The translations under genes and the position numbers were made by a program. From Candidatus Saccharimonadota bacterium (GTDB taxonomy: Bacteria > Patescibacteriota > Saccharimonadia > Saccharimonadales > Saccharimonadaceae), in contig CP075337.1 in assembly GCA_025349965.1 (NCBI GenBank), positions 30,001-62,000 of the forward strand: 32,000 bases of DNA, given 5' to 3'. The notes beneath the pieces were generated by a model that had not been told where the DNA came from, did no database searches, and saw only the letters and a program-made list of their open reading frames with translations. The first letter of the stretch is position 1. The number at the start of each line of letters is the position of its first letter. Positions 17,319 through 25,144 of this stretch are shown here, one piece after another.

Positions 17319-18637
17319 TATATAGATTCTCCATCTAGAATAGCGATTACTTGGTTATATGAGGCGTCCCATGAATGAACTTTGTACTTCTTTGTGTTGT
17401 TTCTGTACTTCTTTAGGGTGCTCGGTTCTAGCATCTCCTGTAGCGCTGCAAGGCATTCATCTGTCGATGACGGATTGAAACGGATTACGCAGTCATCGGG
17501 CATTTCGAGGAGACTACTTGTGTTACTGCAAACAACCGGTTTCCCGCGGGCGATACTTTCTAGGACGGACATCCCCCATCCTTCGTAGAAGCTACTCGTT
17601 ACAGCGAAGCGGCTGTGCTGGTAAAGCCAATTGAGATCATCGTCATCAACGTTATTCTCAATAGATATAGAGGTGTTAACTTGCGGATCATTGCGAATCA
17701 TCCCAAGAATAGCCTCCATGTCATGGCCGACCCTGCCGATTATAACGAGATGGGGGAGTGAAATGCCGCGTGAAGCAGCGAGTTTATATGTGTAGTAGAG
17801 AAGAAGATGGTTTTTGCGAGGTTCAATTGTGCTTACGTATACGAGGTAATTATCTTTCTTAATTCCGTATCGTGACTCTACATCACGGTCTTTAAGCGGA
17901 GTGGTTTTGAATGTAAAGTCTTCACCTAAGCGGAAAACTTCTATTGTTGGAATTGCAAGGCTCTTACTCTTCATCCATTCAGTAAGGTCTGCCTTAGAAG
18001 ACTGTGAAACCGCAAGAACTTTTGTGGAAAGGGGGAATATTTGAGAAACAAAATTTTCAAGAGATGCGGAATTGCCGGAAAAGTGAGGAACTACCATTGG
18101 TAAGATATCATGGCTAATGGGGTAGAGACGCACACCCCGCGCGTGATAGTTTGCGAGAAGTGTCAGCCAGTTTTGATCCCACCACTCACCCCATGGAATG
18201 AAAAAAACGTCATCTTTAGAGGGGTTATATTTTTTATAAAGACTACTTTCAAGCAGCTTCTTGTTTTCAAGCAGCTTCTTATAAAGAGGTGTTCGATCAA
18301 ACCGCGATTTTACTATCACCTTTTTGATTGAGTTTTTTACAAAGGGGCCTATTTGCCGCTCGGATGGATTTGTTGATGATGGCTGAGATTGGATGTCTGA
18401 ATTGGCGGCTGCATCTTGATTGATAAGCTTGTAGGCAATGTGCTTACCACGAAGTGACCGTGTTTTAGCGAAGTCTATTTCACACATTGCATTTGCTTCT
18501 TTAACCCATGTGACAAAATGTGTTTCACGGGAAGTGTCGTTAAGAAACCGTATGGCAAGCTCGTCCATTACGCGCGGTATGCCCGTAAGATTGCCTGGCC
18601 AGTGGATGAGTTGGGTGACGTCTATAATATATCGCAC
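17318..18637 (-). CDS. Glycosyltransferase family 4-like (mannosyltransferase-like N-terminus)
   Basis: N-terminus RYIIDVTQL...TGIPRV, then STIEPRKN and FYEGWGMSVLESIARGKPVVCSNTSSLLEM. GTG start at 18637. Confidence 0.85.
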   Translation of the reverse strand: MRYIIDVTQLIHWPGNLTGIPRVMDELAIRFLNDTSRETHFVTWVKEANAMCEIDFAKTRSLRGKHIAYKLINQDAAANSDIQSQPSSTNPSERQIGPFVKNSIKKVIVKSRFDRTPLYKKLLENKKLLESSLYKKYNPSKDDVFFIPWGEWWDQNWLTLLANYHARGVRLYPISHDILPMVVPHFSGNSASLENFVSQIFPLSTKVLAVSQSSKADLTEWMKSKSLAIPTIEVFRLGEDFTFKTTPLKDRDVESRYGIKKDNYLVYVSTIEPRKNHLLLYYTYKLAASRGISLPHLVIIGRVGHDMEAILGMIRNDPQVNTSISIENNVDDDDLNWLYQHSRFAVTSSFYEGWGMSVLESIARGKPVVCSNTSSLLEMPDDCVIRFNPSSTDECLAALQEMLEPSTLKKYRNNTKKYKVHSWDASYNQVIAILDGESI

Positions 18638-18646
18638 AGTATACTT

Positions 18647-18652
18647 ATTGTA
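18647..18652 (-). promoter_or_regulatory. -10-like TACAAT (minus strand) 9 nt upstream of GTG 18637
   Basis: The minus strand reads TACAAT-aagtatact-GTG. A second hexamer, TATACT, abuts the GTG. Confidence 0.3.
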
Positions 18653-18689
18653 TCATCACATCCGTAGTCGACCGCAAGTTTTCATGTGG

Positions 18690-18695
18690 TACTAT
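18690..18695 (+). promoter_or_regulatory. -10-like TACTAT 8 nt upstream of ATG 18704
   Basis: TACTAT-aagtacta-ATG with no SD. Confidence 0.35.
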
Positions 18696-18703
18696 AAGTA
18701 CTA

Positions 18704-20440
18704 ATGATACGCATGGAGAATGTGAAGAGGGTTTTTAAGGGTAAATATAGTAGTCCTGCAATGGCATTTGGCGTGGGCGCTATTCTTGGTATTCTTTTTT
18801 TTGCTACTATGTTTGGGTTTTCAGTAGTAAACCCTGTTAATGTCCAGTGGATTCTTAATCTCGGTGGTGACCTGGCGCAACATTATTTTGGATGGGCATT
18901 TTTCCGCGATGCTGACTGGACATTCCCTTTTGGGGTTGCGACAAATTTAGCATACCCATATGGGGTGCCAGTTACATTTATGGATTCAATACCACTCTTG
19001 GCTATTGTGTTTAAAATTCTTTCACCAATCTTGCCGGAAACCTTTCAGTACCTAGGTATCTTTACGTTTGTTTCATTTACACTTCAGGGCGGCATTGCTG
19101 GGCTTATTATCTCTCGTTTTACGAAGAACATCTATATCATTGCGCTTTGTTCACTTTTCTTTATCTTAACGCCAATGATTGTTATGCGTTCATTTGTGCA
19201 CACCGCACTGACCGCTCACTGGATCATTTTGTTGGCTATTTATATATTATTGCTATATAAATCGAAACCAGTCACTCTTTGGAGGGGGTTGTGGGTGTGG
19301 ACATCTCTTATGGTTGCTGCCGTACTTATTCATCCCTATTTCCTTCCGATGGTAATGGCTTTGTTCGCAATCTTCATTATCCAGACGTATAGAAGGGAGT
19401 CTTGGTGGAAGACGGTTGTGCGCGCACTTTCTCCGGTGGGTATCGCTGTATTAGCGTTTGGTCTTGCTGGAGGCCTTGCCTCAACCGACGGTGCGTTGAA
19501 TAAGGTAGACCTAGATCTTTATAGTTTGAATATAGTATCGCTTGTTGACCCTATGGGTGCCTCTGCGTTTTCTGAGGGTGAGTTGTTTAGAGATGATCGA
19601 TTTGGGGGATTTGAGTCCAATGAGAAGTTGAACTACCTCGGCCTCGGCCTTATGCTTCTTATTCCTGTGGTGTTCTACATAGTATTGAACACTAGTGTAG
19701 CAGCTGGTCATAGGATAAAGAAGGTGGTAAAGAGGTGGGCGAGTTGGAGGAATATCTCGTCAATAATTGTACTTGTTGGGCTTGGTATCTTCTCGCTCGG
19801 AACGACGATTAAATTGTCAAATCACGTGCTATTTACATTACCCGTGCCTGATGTGGTAGAGAGCTTATGGCTCACGTTTCGTTCGTCAGCGCGTATGTTC
19901 TGGCCTATATACTACTTGATTATTATCAGCCTTCTCGTGTTTGTTATTAGGGCATTTAAACGTGCTCCATACTGGGCGCCCGTTATTTTTATCATTCCAT
20001 TCCTCGTTATCCAATTTACGGACTTAAGATTGAGCGATCAGTTTAGGGCAAAAAAAGCATATGTAGCGAGTGCTCGGGTTGCACATTCTGAGGCGGGTAA
20101 ATCCATCATTGTCGGTATTAAGGACCGATACTGTAATAAAGACCATATGATTTCGCTGTCACCGTATGGGTATCTGGAGGAGTTTATTATTTTTGCTCAA
20201 CCGGCGCTTGCGTGTGGTATGACTATGTCTGAAGGATATTATTCTCATGGTTATAAACTTAAAGAAGTCCGCGAATTTGCTGCCGGTGAAAAGCAAAAGA
20301 TCATAGACGGAACGGCAGACTTTTCCAAAAATCTCTATCTTACAACCGACGGGGAGTTTGTGAGTGAGATCGAGGGACGCTACGCTGTCGAGCGGCTGGA
20401 GAATTGGTTTATTGTTAAGGGAGTGAGAGATGATATATAA
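18704..20440 (+). CDS. Uncharacterised large polytopic membrane protein with a C-terminal soluble domain (candidate GT-C-type glycosyltransferase/polymerase)
   Basis: 578 aa with at least 10 hydrophobic segments. The first loop carries GDLAQHYFGWAFFRDADWTFPFG...FMDSIPLL. The last roughly 140 aa are hydrophilic. I cannot assign a family with confidence. Confidence 0.7.
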   Translation: MIRMENVKRVFKGKYSSPAMAFGVGAILGILFFATMFGFSVVNPVNVQWILNLGGDLAQHYFGWAFFRDADWTFPFGVATNLAYPYGVPVTFMDSIPLLAIVFKILSPILPETFQYLGIFTFVSFTLQGGIAGLIISRFTKNIYIIALCSLFFILTPMIVMRSFVHTALTAHWIILLAIYILLLYKSKPVTLWRGLWVWTSLMVAAVLIHPYFLPMVMALFAIFIIQTYRRESWWKTVVRALSPVGIAVLAFGLAGGLASTDGALNKVDLDLYSLNIVSLVDPMGASAFSEGELFRDDRFGGFESNEKLNYLGLGLMLLIPVVFYIVLNTSVAAGHRIKKVVKRWASWRNISSIIVLVGLGIFSLGTTIKLSNHVLFTLPVPDVVESLWLTFRSSARMFWPIYYLIIISLLVFVIRAFKRAPYWAPVIFIIPFLVIQFTDLRLSDQFRAKKAYVASARVAHSEAGKSIIVGIKDRYCNKDHMISLSPYGYLEEFIIFAQPALACGMTMSEGYYSHGYKLKEVREFAAGEKQKIIDGTADFSKNLYLTTDGEFVSEIEGRYAVERLENWFIVKGVRDDI

Positions 20441-22079
20441 GGTGCAGGAAGTGGTGCAAAGAATAGTGATGGGTAGGGTTTTTCTTCTCGTTTCGATCGG
20501 AATCCTTATTCTGGTGAGTTGTCTTGTTGGATATCAGGGCGCAGTTTTACAGGCATACAATTTCGACCAGCTTATTGATAACTATATGTTTGAAAGTTTT
20601 GAGAGTTTTTCTCAGGCAATTTTTCCAGCAGCGCATACGTTTATGTTGAAGTGGCCTATATTTGCGCTTGGTGGGCTTCTCGGAAATTCCCAGATTGCAT
20701 TTATAGCAATTACAATTATCGTCCAGCTAATAACTGCCCTCGGCTTTATTGCTATTATTTACTTCGCGACGAAAAAGAATAAAGTTGTTACTTCACTTAT
20801 GGCATGTCTCATGTCGCTTCTCTTTCTTATTATTCCAATTCAAGAAGCTTCGGGGACTGTCGCGCCAATAGGCGTAGCAATGATTACGACTCGGAATATT
20901 GAGTATATCCTTTATATTCTTGCGATGTGGGCGCTAGTGAAGTCGGTTCGTTTTATGGATAAGTATGCTGTTTTGGGTACTTTTCTTATATTCCTTCTTG
21001 CCGCTTCTGATAAATTACTACTCTATATAGCACTTGGTTCGACTGTACTTTGGGTGATTTATAACTGTGCAAGGAGTAGGAAGTTGGCATGGCTACATGC
21101 TCTACCTGCAGTATACGTTGTATTGGCTGCTGTGGCATCTACTATACTCTTTAAATTTATCAATGCATTTACCACCCTGACAATCAATGAGGCAAGCTCT
21201 TCGATATCGACCGTTACGCAAAATTCTGTGAGCTCAATATTTAATACACTGCTTGATGCCGTTGAGGCAATTGTGCGAAACTTTGGGGCTACTATATTTG
21301 GGGTTCAGCCCGGAGTCACACTTGCCATGGGGGGTCTTGGACTGGCCACTGCGGTACTGAGTGTATGGTTGAGTATTCGCATTTTCTCAAATAAACAGGA
21401 CGATAATTTGGCGGTTAAGGTTGGAAGAATGCTTGTACTCTCATCACTTACCGCTACATTACTCTATATTTTTGTTGCCCGTGATGATGGAATTGCTGTG
21501 AGGTATTTGGGTATAGTACTCTTTACAGGTACCTTTGTGATTGCGCTTTGGCTGAGTGCGCTGAAAATGCAAAAAATGTCAGCTCGTCGGTGTGTTGTTT
21601 GGGCCGTAGTGTTTCTACTCATTTGTATACCTGCCGCATCGCTGCACGCAATTAAGAGGACGAGCCTGTCTATTAAACCAACAGAACATCACCTTAAGAT
21701 AGATCAGATAAAGAAGATCGCTAATGAAGTGTCCGAGAGAGATGTTGATCTTTTGGTTGGTATTTATTACGTCGCAACACTAGCGAGGTATCAGTCATCG
21801 GATGAGTTGGCTATCGCACCAACAAAAGATTATGTTTGTATGCCGGAAATGACGGATTATCTTACTACAAAGGCATGGTATCAACCAATCGATTCTGTAA
21901 ACTTGTCTGCTCTATATGTTCGCAATGACGGAGTCGGGGGAACTGTGAATGGTGGCTGTACTTCGGAAAAGTACGACAATATACTTGGTGCGCCCGAGGA
22001 TATCGTTTCGGTGGGGAAGGATGTGTCACTATATCTCTATAGCTTTGATATCCGGGAGAAGCTATTTAGCGGTAGGTAG
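20430..22079 (+). CDS. Uncharacterised large polytopic membrane protein with a C-terminal soluble domain (second candidate GT-C-like protein)
   Basis: 549 aa with many hydrophobic segments and a hydrophilic C-terminus of about 150 aa. It overlaps the upstream gene by 11 nt. An alternative start is ATG 20469. Confidence 0.7.
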   Translation: MIYKVQEVVQRIVMGRVFLLVSIGILILVSCLVGYQGAVLQAYNFDQLIDNYMFESFESFSQAIFPAAHTFMLKWPIFALGGLLGNSQIAFIAITIIVQLITALGFIAIIYFATKKNKVVTSLMACLMSLLFLIIPIQEASGTVAPIGVAMITTRNIEYILYILAMWALVKSVRFMDKYAVLGTFLIFLLAASDKLLLYIALGSTVLWVIYNCARSRKLAWLHALPAVYVVLAAVASTILFKFINAFTTLTINEASSSISTVTQNSVSSIFNTLLDAVEAIVRNFGATIFGVQPGVTLAMGGLGLATAVLSVWLSIRIFSNKQDDNLAVKVGRMLVLSSLTATLLYIFVARDDGIAVRYLGIVLFTGTFVIALWLSALKMQKMSARRCVVWAVVFLLICIPAASLHAIKRTSLSIKPTEHHLKIDQIKKIANEVSERDVDLLVGIYYVATLARYQSSDELAIAPTKDYVCMPEMTDYLTTKAWYQPIDSVNLSALYVRNDGVGGTVNGGCTSEKYDNILGAPEDIVSVGKDVSLYLYSFDIREKLFSGR

Positions 22080-24105
22080 CCGCGACTGTGTTTGAGGCTT
22101 CGGTCCACGTGAGTGTTCCGCCCTGAAACTCTTGCTTCGCTCCACCAGTAAAGTAGGTTTCGCCACTTGTTGGGTACCCGAGTTTGCCCCATTCGGAGCC
22201 TTGACCATCCCAGTACGACTTTATACCCCCGCCAATGCGCTGAGCGCCACTCTTTTGAGACCAATAGATTGATCCGTTGGAGAAGTGTTGGTAGCAGCCA
22301 TTATCTCTAATAGCACATTCTGTTGACGTACTTGAGCCTCCAAGATTGTCACTTTGCTCGTATCGGGCTAGGATGTTTGCGTTCGTGATTTCAACTGTTT
22401 GGTTTGTTGCAGCTATCCAGAGCACTACTCCGCCCTGAAACTCTTGCTTCGCTCCACCAGTAAAGTAGGTTTCGCCACTTGTTGGGTAGCCAAGTTTGCC
22501 CCACTCGGAGCCTTGTTTGTTCCAGTGGTTTTTAATGCCGCCACCGATGCGCCACATGCCACTTGCTGTTGACCAGTACACTGATGCATTAGAGAAGTGT
22601 TGGTAGCAGCCATTGTTTTTTATTCCACAAGCGACCGACATGCTTGGTGTACCAAGGTTGTTAAATTCTTTTGCAGCTCCGCTTGCATTGTCCCAGTACA
22701 CGACGCCTCCTTGGAAAGTTTGTCGTGCGCCACCATTGTGATACAGCTCGCCACTTGTTGGGTACCCGAGTTTGCCCCATTCGGAGCCTTGACCATCCCA
22801 GTACGACTTTATACCCCCGCCAATGCGCTGAGCGCCACTCTTTTGAGACCAATAGATTGATCCGTTGGAGAAGTGTTGGTAGCAGCCATTATCCCGTATG
22901 CCGCATACCATGTTCATGGTCGGATTGACGACGTCGTAAATAACACTAATAGTGCTATCACTTCCAAGCCAAAATACAATTCCGCCCTGAAACTCTTGCT
23001 TTGCTCCTCCTGTAAAGTATGTTTCGTCACTTACGGGATACCCAAGCTTGCTCCACTCCGCCCCTTGCTTGTTCCAGTACGACTTTATACCCCCGCCAAT
23101 GCGCTGAGCTCCGGTGTTCTGAGACCAGTAGACCGACCCGTTGGAGAAGTGGTGATAGCAGCCGCCGTCCTTAATGCCGCATACGGTTGACATAGAAGTG
23201 CTTCCTAGGTTGTTTGTCTGCTCGTACTTTGTGAGAATTCTCGCGTCGATTGTGTAACCATCAGTTGAGCCGAACCAGTCATTGAAGTAGAGGTAGAAGT
23301 TACGATTACCGTAGGCGCTACAATTGTCACCAGTCCCGTATCCCGCGTTGAGGGCTGCTTGGTTGGGGCGGTACGGTGTGTATGTATAGAGTGATGCCGT
23401 CGGTTTATTCTCAATCGTAAACCTACTTGATCCACAGGAGGTTGTTGGGCTCCAGAGTATGTTATATGTGCCTGTCTTATAGGTTGCGTATACAGTATTT
23501 CCCATTGCATCGCGACCGGTCATGTAATTTTTAAAGTGGTACGCGGCATTATCAAGTTGACGAGTGAACCCGTAAGCCGATTGATCACAGGGGGCGGTGT
23601 CGGGGCAGCCGAAACCGAATGCTGTATTATAGCGCCACTGTGGGCAATCAGACCGTGTGATGAGGCCTTGTTCTTTTTGCAGAGTAACGATGAGAACTTG
23701 TGGGTTGATGCCATAAATATCAGAGGCGGCTTTGATTAATTGAGCAGCGCTCATCTGCTGGGTTCCGCTCGCACCGCCGTAGCGTTCTGACTGAGTCCAG
23801 TCCTCCACCTGTCCGTTATTATTTGCGTCAATAAGGGCAAGGCCTGTATAGTTTCGTAAACAGACAGAGTTTTTTTGGTCTAAAAACGACTGGATATCCC
23901 CAGCAGACATACTGGAATTATTCGTAAATACGAAGTCAGAAATGATTTTAGTGTGATTGAAGTTTGTAGCGTTGGCGGCATACACCGTGTCGACTCGGCT
24001 ATGTGTATAGAGAAGAATTCCAGTACAAATAGCTACAATGAACGCAAGGAGTGCGTAAGCAACTGTATAGGGAGATATCTTTTGCTTTGATAGTTGGAGT
24101 GGCAT
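22066..24105 (-). CDS. Membrane-anchored secreted protein: N-terminal domain of unknown (possibly cell-wall-active) function + four LGFP-type repeats
   Basis: N-terminal anchor YTVAYALLAFIVAICTGILLY. A roughly 250-aa domain contains INPQVLIVTLQKEQGLIT. Four units of about 90 aa follow: CGI(K/R)(D/N)(G/N)GCY(Q/H)HFSN.S.YWS..(S/T)G..RIGGGIK..W..QG.EW.KLGYP.S.E.Y..GGA.Q.FQGG, which fits the LGFP repeat consensus as I recall it. Confidence 0.85.
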   Translation of the reverse strand: MPLQLSKQKISPYTVAYALLAFIVAICTGILLYTHSRVDTVYAANATNFNHTKIISDFVFTNNSSMSAGDIQSFLDQKNSVCLRNYTGLALIDANNNGQVEDWTQSERYGGASGTQQMSAAQLIKAASDIYGINPQVLIVTLQKEQGLITRSDCPQWRYNTAFGFGCPDTAPCDQSAYGFTRQLDNAAYHFKNYMTGRDAMGNTVYATYKTGTYNILWSPTTSCGSSRFTIENKPTASLYTYTPYRPNQAALNAGYGTGDNCSAYGNRNFYLYFNDWFGSTDGYTIDARILTKYEQTNNLGSTSMSTVCGIKDGGCYHHFSNGSVYWSQNTGAQRIGGGIKSYWNKQGAEWSKLGYPVSDETYFTGGAKQEFQGGIVFWLGSDSTISVIYDVVNPTMNMVCGIRDNGCYQHFSNGSIYWSQKSGAQRIGGGIKSYWDGQGSEWGKLGYPTSGELYHNGGARQTFQGGVVYWDNASGAAKEFNNLGTPSMSVACGIKNNGCYQHFSNASVYWSTASGMWRIGGGIKNHWNKQGSEWGKLGYPTSGETYFTGGAKQEFQGGVVLWIAATNQTVEITNANILARYEQSDNLGGSSTSTECAIRDNGCYQHFSNGSIYWSQKSGAQRIGGGIKSYWDGQGSEWGKLGYPTSGETYFTGGAKQEFQGGTLTWTEASNTVAATYR
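22090..23200 (-). repeat. Intragenic tandem coding repeats (four units of about 275-312 bp) with blocks of exact identity
   Basis: 22160-22305 is identical to 22748-22893 (146 bp). 22117-22176 is identical to 22429-22488 (60 bp). The unit at about 22980-23190 is more diverged. Confidence 0.9.
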
Positions 24106-24110
24106 AGAAC

Positions 24111-24662
24111 TTATTCAACTTTTTGTTTTACGGTATCGCTCTGCTGGGCTCCACTTACGTGCTTTACTGAAGCTGTCCATCCTGTACCTGAAATATTCTC
24201 GACTGTAAATCCACATATGTAATAGCTTGGCCCAACCGTAATTGGTGCTGTGCGTGAGATACTTGCTGCCCCGTCTTTAGATAATGTTAGCTCACAGTGC
24301 CCTGTGGCTGTAGATGGAAATGTGGCAACTACCTCAATTGTCGAGCCGTATTTTTCTGCACGTGCAATAGTCGGCTTTATAAGTGAACCGGATGACTGAG
24401 GCTGCTCCTCATTGCTTGGCGTGAGGCCTTTTGAGGTGCGACCATCTTCTTCTGTGGGTGTTGGATCTGTATTGCCATTTTGCACCTGTTCTTCCCTTAT
24501 ACCACTATTGGCGTCATCGTGAGTAGTTTGTTGTTGCGAGCTGTTCTTTGGTGTGTTCTTATAGACAGAGTACGCAGTAAAAGCGGCAATACATACGACA
24601 AGAATTGACGCTATGATAAGGATGATTAGTTTTGACTTTGTGTTCTTTTTTTGAAGTCGCAT
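24111..24662 (-). CDS. Hypothetical membrane-anchored protein with an S/T/P/Q/E-rich linker and a small Cys-containing C-terminal domain
   Basis: MRLQKKNTKSK + TM segment LIILIIASILVVCIAAFTAY. A low-complexity linker follows (SSQQQTTHDD...TDPTPTEEDGRTSKGLTPSNEEQPQSSGS), then a beta-rich region of about 90 aa with two Cys. ATG 24662 is preferred over 24695. Only 5 nt separate it from the LGFP gene. Confidence 0.6.
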   Translation of the reverse strand: MRLQKKNTKSKLIILIIASILVVCIAAFTAYSVYKNTPKNSSQQQTTHDDANSGIREEQVQNGNTDPTPTEEDGRTSKGLTPSNEEQPQSSGSLIKPTIARAEKYGSTIEVVATFPSTATGHCELTLSKDGAASISRTAPITVGPSYYICGFTVENISGTGWTASVKHVSGAQQSDTVKQKVE

Positions 24663-24721
24663 GTGTGTATTTTGTTTAATAATGTTAATGAACATTATTA
24701 TGTTGAAATAATACGCTTATG

Positions 24722-25144
24722 TCAAGAATCAAGAGGCGATTTTTTGCTAAAAATGATATATTTATAGACAAAAAAGTTCCAAATAACAGTAATAGCAAGT
24801 GCTACACCGCGGGTGATGTAAATATTATCTATGAGTGGCGTGAAGTAGGCTACAAATATGAGCGTAAAAAGATAATTAAAGAGTACTAAGACTGCGTAGA
24901 AGAATACTTCCTTAAATACCTTCTCTTTTTTTGAGTTGCCGCTATTGAAAGCGAAGAATTTCTGAAGAAGAAAGGAAGCGATAAGGCCAATCCAGAAACT
25001 TACACCTACTGCAACGGTCGTCGTTGTTGATAAACGCTCTGATAAAAGCCACAGGACGAATATCTCGAATACAAATGAAAACCCGCCGACCAACAGATAG
25101 CGGATTGCAGTATTTGCAAGTAATGTCTTGATGAGAGTCTTCAC
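24722..25144 (-). CDS. GtrA-family small membrane protein (second copy)
   Basis: 140 aa. IRYLLVGGFSFVFEIFVLWLL, four hydrophobic segments. The ATG overlaps the stop of the upstream GT2. Confidence 0.8.
   Translation of the reverse strand: MKTLIKTLLANTAIRYLLVGGFSFVFEIFVLWLLSERLSTTTTVAVGVSFWIGLIASFLLQKFFAFNSGNSKKEKVFKEVFFYAVLVLFNYLFTLIFVAYFTPLIDNIYITRGVALAITVIWNFFVYKYIIFSKKSPLDS

Noticed and set aside
22037-22852. Two near-identical small ORFs (22037-22264 and 22661-22852, both MVSKEWRSAHWRGYKVVLGW...) that look like a duplicated small gene
   Set aside because: They are an alternative reading frame of the 146-bp identical block inside the LGFP repeat array. The duplication is a by-product of the coding repeat, not an independent gene family.
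22090-23200. Periodic repeats that might suggest a CRISPR array or other non-coding tandem repeat
   Set aside because: The units are about 275-312 bp and stay in frame within a 679-aa ORF. They encode a recognisable protein repeat. There is no short repeat/spacer structure and there are no cas genes.
24677-24700. A perfect 10-bp inverted repeat, TAATAATGTT/AACATTATTA, with a 4-nt loop, between GtrA and the small anchored protein gene
   Set aside because: Only two G:C pairs per stem and no U-tract on the transcribed (minus) strand, so it is a poor terminator. It could be an operator or chance AT-rich symmetry, and I cannot support a function.
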